Virus record (IMG/VR): IMGVR_UViG_2799112265_000002
Coordinates: 1-64,000 of that record
Reading direction: 5' to 3' (one strand)
Source: a virus
Taxonomy: Duplodnaviria; Caudoviricetes
Length of the DNA: 64,000 nucleotides
Notes under the pieces: generated by a model
The model's input: the letters and a program-made list of their open reading frames with translations, nothing else
What the model was told of the DNA's origin: nothing
The model's database searches: none
Shown: positions 1-9,554 of the stretch, piece by piece
How the letters are laid out: every line of letters begins with the position of its first letter
How positions within the stretch are numbered: the first letter of the stretch is position 1
Program-made: the position numbers and the translations under genes

Positions 1-2082
1 TCATGACCTGGGCGAACGCCTGGCAGCTCGTCCACGAGAGTGCGGAACCTGGCTCGTCATCTGTCCCTGCGTGAACTCGACCAGACGGGGGTCGATGTTC
101 CCCGTCACCTTCATGGGCGGCAGAGGCGGCTTGCGCGCCGGAGCGGGCACCAGAAGCGGCTCGACGATGTCGGCCCAGGCCCCGTCCTTCCAGGCCCTCC
201 AGCGGGCCCTCAGCGCCTCCTTCGGCGGGAAGTACTCCGGCATCTCACCCCAGGGGCAGCCGGTCCTCGCCTTGTACAGCAGACCCTCCACCAGAGCCCG
301 CAGATCGTGGCTCTTCTTCGTGACGCGGAAGTTGATCCGCGGCCGGACCTCCGCCCACAGCTCGTCGGTCATCTCCACCGGCTGAACGCCCCGCTCGGCG
401 AACCACTGCTCGATATCCGAGTCCGGCCCGAAGCGGCCCTCCAGCGGAACCGGCCCCGTAAGCGTCACCTGGATCTCCAGCAGATCCATGATCTCGGCCT
501 TCTGCCGGTCGTTGATGTTCTCCAGGTTGAAGCTGGCAATCTCGACCAGGCGCTGGAAATCCTCCGCCCGCTGCGCGGCCTCCTCGGCCTCCTCCAGCAT
601 TTCCCGGGCGTCGTCGAGCATCGCCTGCTTGGTGTTGACGTCCTCGTTGATCTTTCCGATGGCGTCGTTGATCGCGGTCGCGTCGACACCGTTCTGTGCG
701 AGGGTGAGCAGCGTGTTGGTGATCAGGCTCCGGGATGCCTCGATCTGCTTTTCCAGGTCCTCGATCCGGGACATGTACATCTTCCGGTGATCGGGGACCG
801 TGGTCACCCAGTCCGCCGCGATCTCGCGCAGCTTGGACTTGTCGCCGAGGAAGTTCTTCAGGCTGTCCCAGACGACTTCTTCCAGGGCCACGGCGTCGAT
901 GACGGAGTCCCCGCACTTATTGCCCGAGCAGCGGTAGGTACGGCGGTCCTCGGCCTTTACCCAGACCCCGGTGTAGTGGGCGCCGCACTGGCCGATAACG
1001 CGGGTGGAGAGCGGGTGGTACTTGTACGGGCCAGAAAGGGTCCAGCCGCCGTTCTTGCGCAGGGCGTTGCGGATGGACATGAGCCGGTCGAGTTCGAAGA
1101 CCATCGGGGTGTCGATGATCATCATCGGGCCGTGCTTCGGGGTGCCATCCGGGTTCAGCTTGGTGACGTTCGTGCGGCGCTTGTTGATGACCGGGTCGGT
1201 GTTCCGGTAGACCACGAAGCCGTCGAGGGCGGTGTTGCGGAACTTGTGGCGGAGGTTGGATCCGGTCCACTCCACGCCCTTGCGGGTGAGCCGGCCCATG
1301 AGGTTGAGCAGGTGGGCGGCGCGGTCGACGGTGTATCCGCCTTCGACGATGAACTGGGCGGCCAGCTCCAGGGTGCGGCACTCCTCGGGGTCCAGGGCCA
1401 GCTTGGAGTCGCGCTTGCCCTGGTTCTCGATGTAGTAGCCGTAGGGCGGGGGACCGCCGGTCCAGCCTCCGGAGGCGGCCTTCATGTTGAGGCCGTTCTG
1501 GGTGCGCTCCAGGATGGTGCGCCATTCCATCTCGGAGAAGGAGGCGAGCTGCTGGAGGGCGGTGTTGCCGTGGGTGGTGGTGGTGTCGATCTCCTGGGTG
1601 ACGGAGATGATGTTGACCCCGGCGTCTTCGAGGGCCCAGACCCAGTGCCAGAAGGCGCGGCCGGTGCGGCCGATGCGGTCGAACTTGTGGACGGCGACGA
1701 CGTCGATCAGCTTGGCGTGGACGTCGCGCTCCAGGCGCATCATGGCAGGGCGGTCCTGCTTGGCGCCGGACTCGCCTGCGTCCTCGTAGATCTCGGCGAG
1801 TTCCCAGACGATGCCGGTGCCGTTGCGCTCTTCGATGACGTTCTTGGCGTCGATGTGGTCCTGGATGCCCTTGATCTGGACGTCGAGTCCGTAGCCGAGG
1901 GCCTGGTCCTTGGTGGACACGCGGATGTAGGCGCCGACCCGCTTAACGATGCGGGCGAGGGCCGTGGAGGACTGGAAGGTCCCGGGGGTTCCGGGACGAA
2001 GGCTGTTGACCTTCTGGGCGCGTGCGCGGGCACGCTCTGCCGCTATGCTGGGCACGTTCAGTCTCCTTCGCAGACTGATCAT
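1..2082 (-). CDS. Large serine recombinase (integrase) with C-terminal DUF4096/IS5-like HTH insertion
   Basis: Catalytic AYIRVST, DRIGR motif, recombinase domain (GGPPPYGY), Zn-ribbon cysteines and coiled coil; start may be GTG at about 2055. Confidence 0.93.
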   Translation of the reverse strand: MISLRRRLNVPSIAAERARARAQKVNSLRPGTPGTFQSSTALARIVKRVGAYIRVSTKDQALGYGLDVQIKGIQDHIDAKNVIEERNGTGIVWELAEIYEDAGESGAKQDRPAMMRLERDVHAKLIDVVAVHKFDRIGRTGRAFWHWVWALEDAGVNIISVTQEIDTTTTHGNTALQQLASFSEMEWRTILERTQNGLNMKAASGGWTGGPPPYGYYIENQGKRDSKLALDPEECRTLELAAQFIVEGGYTVDRAAHLLNLMGRLTRKGVEWTGSNLRHKFRNTALDGFVVYRNTDPVINKRRTNVTKLNPDGTPKHGPMMIIDTPMVFELDRLMSIRNALRKNGGWTLSGPYKYHPLSTRVIGQCGAHYTGVWVKAEDRRTYRCSGNKCGDSVIDAVALEEVVWDSLKNFLGDKSKLREIAADWVTTVPDHRKMYMSRIEDLEKQIEASRSLITNTLLTLAQNGVDATAINDAIGKINEDVNTKQAMLDDAREMLEEAEEAAQRAEDFQRLVEIASFNLENINDRQKAEIMDLLEIQVTLTGPVPLEGRFGPDSDIEQWFAERGVQPVEMTDELWAEVRPRINFRVTKKSHDLRALVEGLLYKARTGCPWGEMPEYFPPKEALRARWRAWKDGAWADIVEPLLVPAPARKPPLPPMKVTGNIDPRLVEFTQGQMTSQVPHSRGRAARRSPRS

Positions 2083-2181
2083 CGGCCCTGTGCGCGTTGC
2101 CTCGAAACTCCGCGCCCAGGGCCGTCTTGTTGATCAGTGAGTGTATAGCGAACGCGACCGAGTTGTACCGGGGTTGTGTGC

Positions 2182-2331
2182 TCAGGCCGCTTCCGCGTCT
2201 GCGTCCTGCGGGGTGAAGAGGATGGTGAGGAGCCGGTTCCAGCGGCTGTCTTCCATCCGGTTGTTGGTGAGGGTCACGGTGACCTGGGGCTCGTCGGAGC
2301 CCGAGGTATTAAGCGCTACGAGGTTCGTCAT
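2182..2331 (-). CDS. 49-aa protein upstream of the serine integrase (MTNLVALNTSGSDEPQVTVTLTNNRMEDSRWNRLLTILFTPQDADAEAA); possible directionality factor
   Basis: Manually translated ATG..TGA with GC-type codon usage, co-oriented with the integrase; function is inference. Confidence 0.6.
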   Translation of the reverse strand: MTNLVALNTSGSDEPQVTVTLTNNRMEDSRWNRLLTILFTPQDADAEAA

Positions 2332-2451
2332 AACGCGTACCGTACTACTCCTTACTCGTTACGTCTATAGAACGCGTTGTATAGCGGATTGCGCGAACCG
2401 CTTGCGGTCGGTAGGCTCAGGGCACCAACCGCACTGAACCAGGGGGTACGC

Positions 2452-3519
2452 GTGACCACCACACTGCGCAGCGCCATCGACGAGTACCTGGGGCATCGCC
2501 GGACCGCCAAGGCCGACAACACCATGCGCACGGACGCGAGCCTGCTCCCGCGCTTCGCCGACCACGTCGGCAACCCCGACTTCGACGCGCTGACCCCGGA
2601 GCAGGTCGCCGGCTTCTTCCAGGGACTGCTGAACATCCACGTCACCCGGATCAAGGGCCAGCAGATCGTCGCGGCTGTCGGGCCGGGCACGCACAACCAC
2701 TACCGCAAGCGGCTGAACGTCTTCTTCAGCTACGCCCACGCCCGCGGCCTGGCGCCCCGCAACGACTACCTCTCCCTGGTCGAGCCGCTGCCGGAACTCA
2801 AGCGGCAGCGGATGCAGCCCTCCCCGAGCGTGCTGCTTCAGCTCCTGGACCAGGCCGAGTGCGCCATGCACCGCGCCTACCTCGCCGCGGCCGTCAACAC
2901 CGCCTGCCGGGCCAGCGAGCTGGTGAACCTGCGCGTCGGGGACGTCGACTTCGCCCGCAGCGAGCTGTTCGTGACGGTCATCAAGACGCACGAGGAGGAC
3001 GAGATGCCGCTGACGGCCGACCTGGAGCGCGAGCTGCTGGCCTGGTTCGAGGAGTACGCGGCCCTGCTCGGCCGGCCGCTGCGAGACGACGACTACCTCT
3101 TCCCGGCCCGCAGCGGCAACCAGATCAAGACCCACTACCTGGACGAGAAGACCGGCAAGCGGGTGTACGAGCGCACCCCGATCGTCTACCACCCCGACCG
3201 GCCGGTGGAACGCACCGAGAAGATCGTCAAGGGCGCGCTGGCCAAGCTGGGCTTGCCGACCCGCTACGAAGGCACGCACACCGTGCGCCGGGCGGTCGCC
3301 CGCGCCTACTTCGACCAGCTCGCCCAGGACGCCGGCTACGACGCCGCGCTCCGTACGGTCTCGGCACTGCTGCACCACTCGTCGATGTCCACCACCGAGC
3401 GGTACCTGGGTCTGTCCACGGAGAGGAAGCGACGGGACGAGACGATGAAGGGCCGGCCGTTCCTGACGGCGATGGTCCCGCAGCAGAGCAACGTGATCCC
3501 GCTGCGGCGGGTGCGCTGA
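2452..3519 (+). CDS. Tyrosine recombinase (XerC/D-like)
   Basis: Catalytic set R (ACRASE), K (VIKT), HxxR (HTVRR), H (LLHHS), Y (TERYL). Confidence 0.92.
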   Translation: MTTTLRSAIDEYLGHRRTAKADNTMRTDASLLPRFADHVGNPDFDALTPEQVAGFFQGLLNIHVTRIKGQQIVAAVGPGTHNHYRKRLNVFFSYAHARGLAPRNDYLSLVEPLPELKRQRMQPSPSVLLQLLDQAECAMHRAYLAAAVNTACRASELVNLRVGDVDFARSELFVTVIKTHEEDEMPLTADLERELLAWFEEYAALLGRPLRDDDYLFPARSGNQIKTHYLDEKTGKRVYERTPIVYHPDRPVERTEKIVKGALAKLGLPTRYEGTHTVRRAVARAYFDQLAQDAGYDAALRTVSALLHHSSMSTTERYLGLSTERKRRDETMKGRPFLTAMVPQQSNVIPLRRVR

Positions 3520-3522
3520 CAC

Positions 3523-3565
3523 GACGAAGGCCCCACCGGTCTGCTACTCCGGTGAGGCCTTCGTC
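3523..3565. terminator. Stem-loop after the tyrosine recombinase
   Basis: GACGAAGGCCCCACCGG / CCGGTGAGGCCTTCGTC inverted repeat directly after the stop. Confidence 0.75.
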
Positions 3566-3568
3566 TGC

Positions 3569-3765
3569 TCGGACCCCATCAGGTTCCTAGGCCGCGAGAA
3601 GGTGCCAAGCAGTTGCTTCGTTGTTGCGATCCTCAGCCCTTTCGGGCTGGACTCGACCGAGAGACTTGCTAAACGATCATCCCACGAAGCGGCTGAGACG
3701 GATCCACAATGGTGCTCGGTCGAGCGGTTCCCACTATGCCATAACGGGCCGACATCGGGGATCAC
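3569..3765 (+). ncRNA. Candidate structured, pseudoknotted intergenic RNA
   Basis: 3610-3621 pairs with 3684-3695 (two G-U); hairpin 3634-3649; 3652-3661 is perfectly complementary to 3715-3724 and crosses the first stem. Confidence 0.4.
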
Positions 3766-3766
3766 T

Positions 3767-4027
3767 TCAGCCGACCCCGACGATGTACTTGAAGAACAGG
3801 CCGAGGCCGAGCAGGATCACCACGCCCCACGCGGCGTCCTTCAGGCCCCGGAGGCCGCCGAAGCCCTGGAAGGACTGGCCGCCCATGGACTGCTGCTGCA
3901 TGTAGAAGTCGTGCTGCTCGCGCATCAACTGGTGCTGCTGCGCGGACATCGTCGGGTCAACCCCAGACTGGGGGTTCATCGTCTCCCCGACCTGGTGGAC
4001 GATGTTCTCCATCCCGAATCTATCCAT
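3767..4027 (-). CDS. Small protein with C-terminal transmembrane helix
   Basis: MDRFGMEN... ending in hydrophobic AWGVVILLGLGLFFKYIVGVG; overlaps the upstream ORF. Confidence 0.65.
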   Translation of the reverse strand: MDRFGMENIVHQVGETMNPQSGVDPTMSAQQHQLMREQHDFYMQQQSMGGQSFQGFGGLRGLKDAAWGVVILLGLGLFFKYIVGVG

Positions 4028-4238
4028 TGCTCTCTCCGTCCACATACGGTTGTGCTTGCCTCCGCAGCGGAGAGGTGCGGTCCCAAACGTGCCAGCGCCC
4101 CCCACAGACCGGATCTTCGCCGTACGCTACATCTTCCGGAAAACCGGGCACAGAGGGGCGTACGGGCTTGGGTTCTTCTTTCAGGTCCCGCCCGCACTTC
4201 GGGCACTGCTCCGGGTCGCGCATCGGGTACATGCCCAT
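4020..4238 (-). CDS. Small Zn-finger-like hypothetical protein
   Basis: AGGAGG RBS, CPKC and C..WH motifs. Confidence 0.65.
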   Translation of the reverse strand: MGMYPMRDPEQCPKCGRDLKEEPKPVRPSVPGFPEDVAYGEDPVCGGRWHVWDRTSPLRRQAQPYVDGESNG

Positions 4239-4350
4239 GGGTCCTCCTGAGTCTCGTTGAATGTTCACTCTACCGCGCTGTCAAGCGGGTTGTCGATACC
4301 GCTTTACAGGGTGTACGCTCGGGAGTCCATATAGCGTTGCGGAGGGTGTC

Positions 4351-4608
4351 ATGGCCGAGTATGAGGCAGAGCGGATCGTGCACGCGCAGATCCCGTATGT
4401 GTTCGACAAGGAGATCCACGTCTCCACTGTCCAGAGCCCTCGCGACGGCCGGTTCGGGGACATTCGGGAGTTCATCCCGAGCAAGGACTTCTACGGCCGC
4501 GGCATCACCTTCCCGCTGACCATGCTGAACGACATCCGGGACGGTCTCGGCGACATGTGGGACGCCAACGGTGCCGGCGCCGATGGCACCCCGACGGAAG
4601 GGGCGTAG
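4351..4608 (+). CDS. PC4-like (ssDNA-binding) small protein
   Basis: GGAGG RBS; FGDIREF...GRGITFP resembles the PC4 DIRE...KGISL signature. Confidence 0.55.
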   Translation: MAEYEAERIVHAQIPYVFDKEIHVSTVQSPRDGRFGDIREFIPSKDFYGRGITFPLTMLNDIRDGLGDMWDANGAGADGTPTEGA

Positions 4609-4610
4609 CA

Positions 4611-4877
4611 ATGGAAGGCCTGGTAGAGGTCCGTTGCCGCGGCTGCTGGCGACTGATCGGCGTGGCCAAGCGGGACAACCCGATCTACTGCGACGAGCAG
4701 TGCGCCACCGACTTCCCCGCGGTGTCCACGGAGGCCCGCGACGCCCTGCTGGAGGCTGTGTACCACAAGGGCCAGTACACCTACGACAAGATGGCCGCCA
4801 TGTTCGGGTTCACCCGTACCCGGGCGCAGCAGATCATCTTCCGGCGTGACGTCCGTCGGGATATCCGCCACGGCTGA
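4611..4877 (+). CDS. Zn-finger plus HTH DNA-binding protein
   Basis: CRGC..CDEQC followed by a sigma-region-4-like HTH (TYDKMAAMFGFTRTRAQQI). Confidence 0.65.
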   Translation: MEGLVEVRCRGCWRLIGVAKRDNPIYCDEQCATDFPAVSTEARDALLEAVYHKGQYTYDKMAAMFGFTRTRAQQIIFRRDVRRDIRHG

Positions 4878-4961
4878 AACGCTTGTAAAGCGATAATTAC
4901 AAACCGGTAGACAAGAACGCCTAACCTCGAATCCGTAATAGGAAACGGATTGGGGTTAGGC

Positions 4962-6536
4962 GTGTCTGTTGTAACGGAGGATGTCGAGTACGACGACCCG
5001 ACCAGCGATGAGACCGATGCGGAACGAGAAGCACGGCTCGACACCGAGGTAGAACTCGACCAGACCAGTCAGCGGTTCGTGGACGAGCTGGTCGCCAAGC
5101 TGCTGGTCATCGTCGATGAAGTCTCCGGCCACCCCCTCCGGCCCTACCAGAGGCCTTTCGCAGCCCGCCTGATCGAGTCCCTGATCATCGACGACGGCGC
5201 CACCATCACCGCGCTGTTCAGCCGGCAGTCCGGCAAGTCCGAGACCGTGGCCAACGTCGTCGCCGCCTGCATGATCATGCTGCCGCGGCTGGCGAAGATC
5301 TTCCCCGTCCTGTTGGACAAGTTCAAGGAAGGGCTCTGGGTCGGAGCCTTTGCGCCCGTGGAAGAACAGGCAGACAACCTCTACGGACGTATCGTTGCAA
5401 GGCTCACAAGCGAGCACGCCTTGGAAATCATGGCGGACCCGGAGATCGACGAGACCGTCCAGGGCAAGGGCCGCTCCATCACCCTGAAGAAGTCCGGCTC
5501 CCTGGTTCGTAAGCAGACCTGTCACCCGCGGGCGACCATCGAAGGCCGCACCTACCACTTGATCTTGATCGACGAGTGCCAGGGTGCCGACGCCAAGATG
5601 GTCAACAAGTCGATCGGCCCGATGGGCGCCTCGACCAACGCGACCATGGTCTTCACCGGCACACCCACCTACGAGAAGGGTGTGTTCTACAACCAGATCC
5701 AGATCAACCGGCGGAAGGCCACTCGCCGCGGCGCCCGGCAGGACCACTTCGAGGCGGACTGGAAGGAAGTCTCCCGGTGGTCTGAGTACTACCGGAAGTT
5801 CGTCAAGAAGGAACTGCTGCGCATCGGCGAGGACTCCGACGAGTTCAAGTTGTCCTACAGGTTGATCTGGTTGCTCGACAAGGGCATGTTCACCACCCAG
5901 GAGCGCCTGGATGAACTTGGCGACGCCTCCATGCAGGTGGTTCCGGCCTACCATGCCAGCCCGGTCGTCATAGGCATCGACCCCGCCCGCAAGCAGGACT
6001 CCACCATCGTCACCGCGGTCTGGGTCCGCTGGGATCAGCCGGACGAGTACGGCTACTTCGAACACAGGATCCTGAACTGGTTGGACCTCGCGGGGATGGA
6101 CTGGGAGGCCCAGTACTTCCGGATCGTTGAGTTCGTCCGCAACTACAGCGTGATGGCCATCGCGGTCGACGAAGGCGGTGTCGGCGACGTCGTCATATCC
6201 CGCCTCAAGGTCTTGATGCCGGACATCGACATCGTCCCCATGTCCTCCCAGCGCCCCGAGCAGTCCAAGCGCTGGAAGCACCTCATGGAACTCATGGACC
6301 GCGGCATGCTCTCCTGGCCGGCCCACGCCTACACCCGGCGTCTGAAGTCTTACAAGCGCTTCCGTCAGCAGATGGAAGACCTGGAGAAGAAGTTCGAGGG
6401 ACCGTACGTCCTCGCCGAGGCCCCTCGCGCGGCCGACGCCCACGACGACTACGCCGACTCCCTGGCACTCGCCTGTGTGCTCACCAAGGAGTACACGATG
6501 CCCGAGATCGAGCAGTCCAACTCTCCATTTCACTAA
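4962..6536 (+). CDS. Terminase large subunit
   Basis: Walker A SRQSGKS, Walker B LILIDE, TGTP coupling motif, nuclease GIDPAR...HDDYADS; start may be 4950. Confidence 0.93.
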   Translation: MSVVTEDVEYDDPTSDETDAEREARLDTEVELDQTSQRFVDELVAKLLVIVDEVSGHPLRPYQRPFAARLIESLIIDDGATITALFSRQSGKSETVANVVAACMIMLPRLAKIFPVLLDKFKEGLWVGAFAPVEEQADNLYGRIVARLTSEHALEIMADPEIDETVQGKGRSITLKKSGSLVRKQTCHPRATIEGRTYHLILIDECQGADAKMVNKSIGPMGASTNATMVFTGTPTYEKGVFYNQIQINRRKATRRGARQDHFEADWKEVSRWSEYYRKFVKKELLRIGEDSDEFKLSYRLIWLLDKGMFTTQERLDELGDASMQVVPAYHASPVVIGIDPARKQDSTIVTAVWVRWDQPDEYGYFEHRILNWLDLAGMDWEAQYFRIVEFVRNYSVMAIAVDEGGVGDVVISRLKVLMPDIDIVPMSSQRPEQSKRWKHLMELMDRGMLSWPAHAYTRRLKSYKRFRQQMEDLEKKFEGPYVLAEAPRAADAHDDYADSLALACVLTKEYTMPEIEQSNSPFH

Positions 6537-6545
6537 GGAAGCGCC

Positions 6546-8753
6546 TTGAACGACGCATGGAACATCCCAGGCTTCACCGTCCAGAACGAGAACTGGGGCG
6601 ACGCACTTAATACCTCGGGCGATCCGGCGCCCACCCTCCCGGAGAGCGTCAAGACCGTCACTGTCACCGGCACCTTCCTCGACGACTGGGGCAAGCCGGC
6701 GGCCGGCCGGTTCGTCTTCGACCCGTCCATCGACAGCCTGGTGGACCCTGTGTCCGGCCTCACGATCCGGCTGCGCCGCAAGGAAGTCCATCTGGTCAAC
6801 GGCCAACTCTCCGAGCCGCTGATCGCCACCGACAACGACGCCCTGAGCCCGAAGAACTTCACGTACAAGGTCTCCGGTGTCGTGTCCGGGACGGTGCAGC
6901 GCCCCTTCAGCGTCGCGCTGCCGTCCGCCGTGCCGACGGTTTCGCTGGCCGCCCTGGCCGAGGTGCCGTCCTCCATGGGCACCATCAGCGTTCCAGCCAT
7001 ACCCGGACCCAAGGGGGACACGGGACTGAGCGGACCGGCCGGACCCAAGGGTGACACCGGACTGACCGGGCCCAAGGGTGACACCGGACCCCAGGGCACC
7101 CCCACCACCGTCAACGGCAAGACCGGGGCGAGCATCGACCTCACCGCCAGCGACGTGAACGCCGATGTGGCCGGGGCCGCCACAGCAGCAGTCAACGCCC
7201 ACCTCCAGGCGACCGACCCGCACGGTGACCGCAGCTACGCGGACAGCACCTTCCAGCCGCTCCTGAACGGACCACTGACGGGCGTCTACAACGTCCGCTC
7301 CTACGGAGCCAAGGGCGACGACACCACCGACGACTATGACGCCATCAACGCCGCACTCGCCGCGTGCCCCGAGGGAGGCACCCTGTTCTTCCCGCCCGGC
7401 CAGTACCGCGTGCGGGCACCGCTGATGTTCACCCGGAACCGGACCTACCGGGGATCACACGCCCCCAGGTGGCAGTACCGGGGCGGCTCCCCGTGTGTGA
7501 TCAAGCCGCATCCGTCGTTCACTGGGTCGAAAATCATCCACATCGCCGACAAGGAGATCACCGGGGCCTCCCTGGACAACGACGGCGGCCGGATCGAGAA
7601 CCTTGCGATCCTCGGACAGAACGCCGGGTCTGGGGTGGTCGGAGTCCTCTTCGAGGGACTGGTCCGGGACTGGAAAGTCCGCGATGTTGACGTCTCCAAC
7701 ACCTCCGGCAACGGATGGCAAACGTTGGGGTTTGCCTCCAGCGACAGCACCACGCACTATCCCCGTGGACTCGACCTGTACTCCGTCACCTCCTACGCCG
7801 CCCACAACAACGCCTTTTCGTTCGCGAGCCTCACCGACTCAACTGTCTTCGACGCCCTCGCGGTCTCTGCCACCTCGATCGGCTTCCTCATCGACAACCC
7901 GGGCGAGGTCAAGTACATCGGCTGCCGGTCCGTGTTCAACCAATCGGACGGGTTCAGGGTGACCGGGACGGTGTCCGTAGGCGGAGTGCAGTTCGTGGGA
8001 TGCAGCACCGACCGGAACCAGACCTACGGCGTACGCGTCACCGCGTCCGGCTCCCAGCCGATCACCTTCACGGACCTGCTGACTCGACGAGACGGGAAGA
8101 ACAGCAACCTGGGAGGGGGCGGCTACTCAGGGATTGCGGTCCTCGGCACGTCCGGCGCCACGGCATGCCCCGTGGTGATTACCGGGCTCTCCCAGGTTGT
8201 GGGCGTGGATGACGGCGCGGCCAGCACCGGCAACGACAGTCCCCAGTACGGCGTGCGCGTTGAGTACGCCAAGCACGTCCGGGTGTCGGGAGCAGCGTGG
8301 GGTGCCACCAACGCGGTGTTCGACAACGGGAACAACACCAGCCTCGACATCTCTGGCCTCTACCGCCAGAACGGCCTCGCCGCCGCGCGAGCGGTGGAGA
8401 CCACCGTGGTAGGTGCGCAGCCAACAGTGACCGCTGCGAGCGGCGCGGGAACCTCCCCTCCGTCGCCGACCCTCGCTTCGTCGTCCGACAACATCTCCGG
8501 CGTCGTGAACCTCGGTACGGGCACCTCACCGACTACCGGCAGCCAGGCCACCGTGACGTTCGCCAGGACCCGCGCCCGAGTCCCGGTCGTCGTCGCCGTG
8601 CCGGCGAACACCTCTACAAATGCCCGGCAGGTCGGCGTTGCCAACGTCACCGCGAGCGGATTCACGCTGACATTCGGTGTCGCCGGAACTGCGTCACAGC
8701 CGGCGGGTACCTACCAGGTGTCCTATCACGTGCTCGACCAGGCAAACGGATAA
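6546..8753 (+). CDS. Collagen-repeat plus pectate-lyase-like beta-helix protein (fibre/depolymerase)
   Basis: GPKGDT collagen repeats; YNVRSYGAKGDDTTDDYDAINAAL...LFFPPGQY beta-helix cap. Confidence 0.8.
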   Translation: MNDAWNIPGFTVQNENWGDALNTSGDPAPTLPESVKTVTVTGTFLDDWGKPAAGRFVFDPSIDSLVDPVSGLTIRLRRKEVHLVNGQLSEPLIATDNDALSPKNFTYKVSGVVSGTVQRPFSVALPSAVPTVSLAALAEVPSSMGTISVPAIPGPKGDTGLSGPAGPKGDTGLTGPKGDTGPQGTPTTVNGKTGASIDLTASDVNADVAGAATAAVNAHLQATDPHGDRSYADSTFQPLLNGPLTGVYNVRSYGAKGDDTTDDYDAINAALAACPEGGTLFFPPGQYRVRAPLMFTRNRTYRGSHAPRWQYRGGSPCVIKPHPSFTGSKIIHIADKEITGASLDNDGGRIENLAILGQNAGSGVVGVLFEGLVRDWKVRDVDVSNTSGNGWQTLGFASSDSTTHYPRGLDLYSVTSYAAHNNAFSFASLTDSTVFDALAVSATSIGFLIDNPGEVKYIGCRSVFNQSDGFRVTGTVSVGGVQFVGCSTDRNQTYGVRVTASGSQPITFTDLLTRRDGKNSNLGGGGYSGIAVLGTSGATACPVVITGLSQVVGVDDGAASTGNDSPQYGVRVEYAKHVRVSGAAWGATNAVFDNGNNTSLDISGLYRQNGLAAARAVETTVVGAQPTVTAASGAGTSPPSPTLASSSDNISGVVNLGTGTSPTTGSQATVTFARTRARVPVVVAVPANTSTNARQVGVANVTASGFTLTFGVAGTASQPAGTYQVSYHVLDQANG
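7004..7100 (+). repeat. Collagen G-X-Y coding repeats
   Basis: Three imperfect GGACCCAAGGG(G/T)GACAC units encoding GPKGDT. Confidence 0.85.
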
Positions 8754-8840
8754 TCACCTGCGCCGGATGACATTAACAAAGCGTTCCGTAATCCTCCTAC
8801 GCTTGAGGGTGTTCCCTCGATATCGGAAGAGGATTACGGA

Positions 8841-9242
8841 ATGGCAGGAAATCTCGCACCCGACCCGCAGTTTCAGGAGCGCGTCGGTACCGTCTATGAG
8901 CGGAAGTTCGGTGACAATGCCGCCCGGCGCGGTCCTCTGAGGTTCGAAGAGGGTGTCGCCACGGACACTGACGTCCCGAACGAATTCACCAAGGGCGTCA
9001 TGCAGGGGTACATCACCGCCCCGGGCCGCCCGAACCACAACGCGAATGTCTATGAGAAGTACCCGCAGGAGACCATGGCCGAGCGTGTTCACGTCGGCTC
9101 CGCCGCCTGGGTCGAGGCTCCGACCTACCTGGGCGAGTTCTCCCACGGTTCCTTCAGCGACTACGCGGCCGTCTCCTACGAGGAGGTCGTGCGCAACGGC
9201 AGCCGCTACGAGCGCCTTTCCCCGGCGGTAGTGGACGACTGA
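8841..9242 (+). CDS. Hypothetical (probable virion) protein
   Basis: RBS, codon usage, position before the portal. Confidence 0.7.
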   Translation: MAGNLAPDPQFQERVGTVYERKFGDNAARRGPLRFEEGVATDTDVPNEFTKGVMQGYITAPGRPNHNANVYEKYPQETMAERVHVGSAAWVEAPTYLGEFSHGSFSDYAAVSYEEVVRNGSRYERLSPAVVDD

Positions 9243-9245
9243 TTC

Positions 9246-9539
9246 ATGGTTGCGTTCCACGATCGCCGTAGGGCACCGAGGGCGTCCGTTGATGAGGTGC
9301 TTCCCAAGCTGCCCCTGACCAAGGGGGAGACCGTTGGGAAGCGCCTGATCAACGACCGTTATCTGGTGCGCGGCATTCCCGTAGAGGCCGAGGACGGCTC
9401 CAAGAGTCGCCAGTACGTCCTGCACGAGGTTCTGCCCAACGGCAACGTCGTGCAGCGCGGCGAGGAGCCATTCGAGAGCCGTCGGGCGGCGAAGAAGACC
9501 GCCCGTTCCCTTACGCCCACCCGCGTCATCGAGATCTAG
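9246..9539 (+). CDS. Hypothetical protein
   Basis: Tightly packed ORF in the head operon. Confidence 0.65.
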   Translation: MVAFHDRRRAPRASVDEVLPKLPLTKGETVGKRLINDRYLVRGIPVEAEDGSKSRQYVLHEVLPNGNVVQRGEEPFESRRAAKKTARSLTPTRVIEI

Positions 9540-9554
9540 TCGGAGTCCTTTTCC

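Noticed and set aside
152-372. Inserted IS5 element
   Set aside because: No DDE domain, terminal repeats or frame disruption; it is a fused domain
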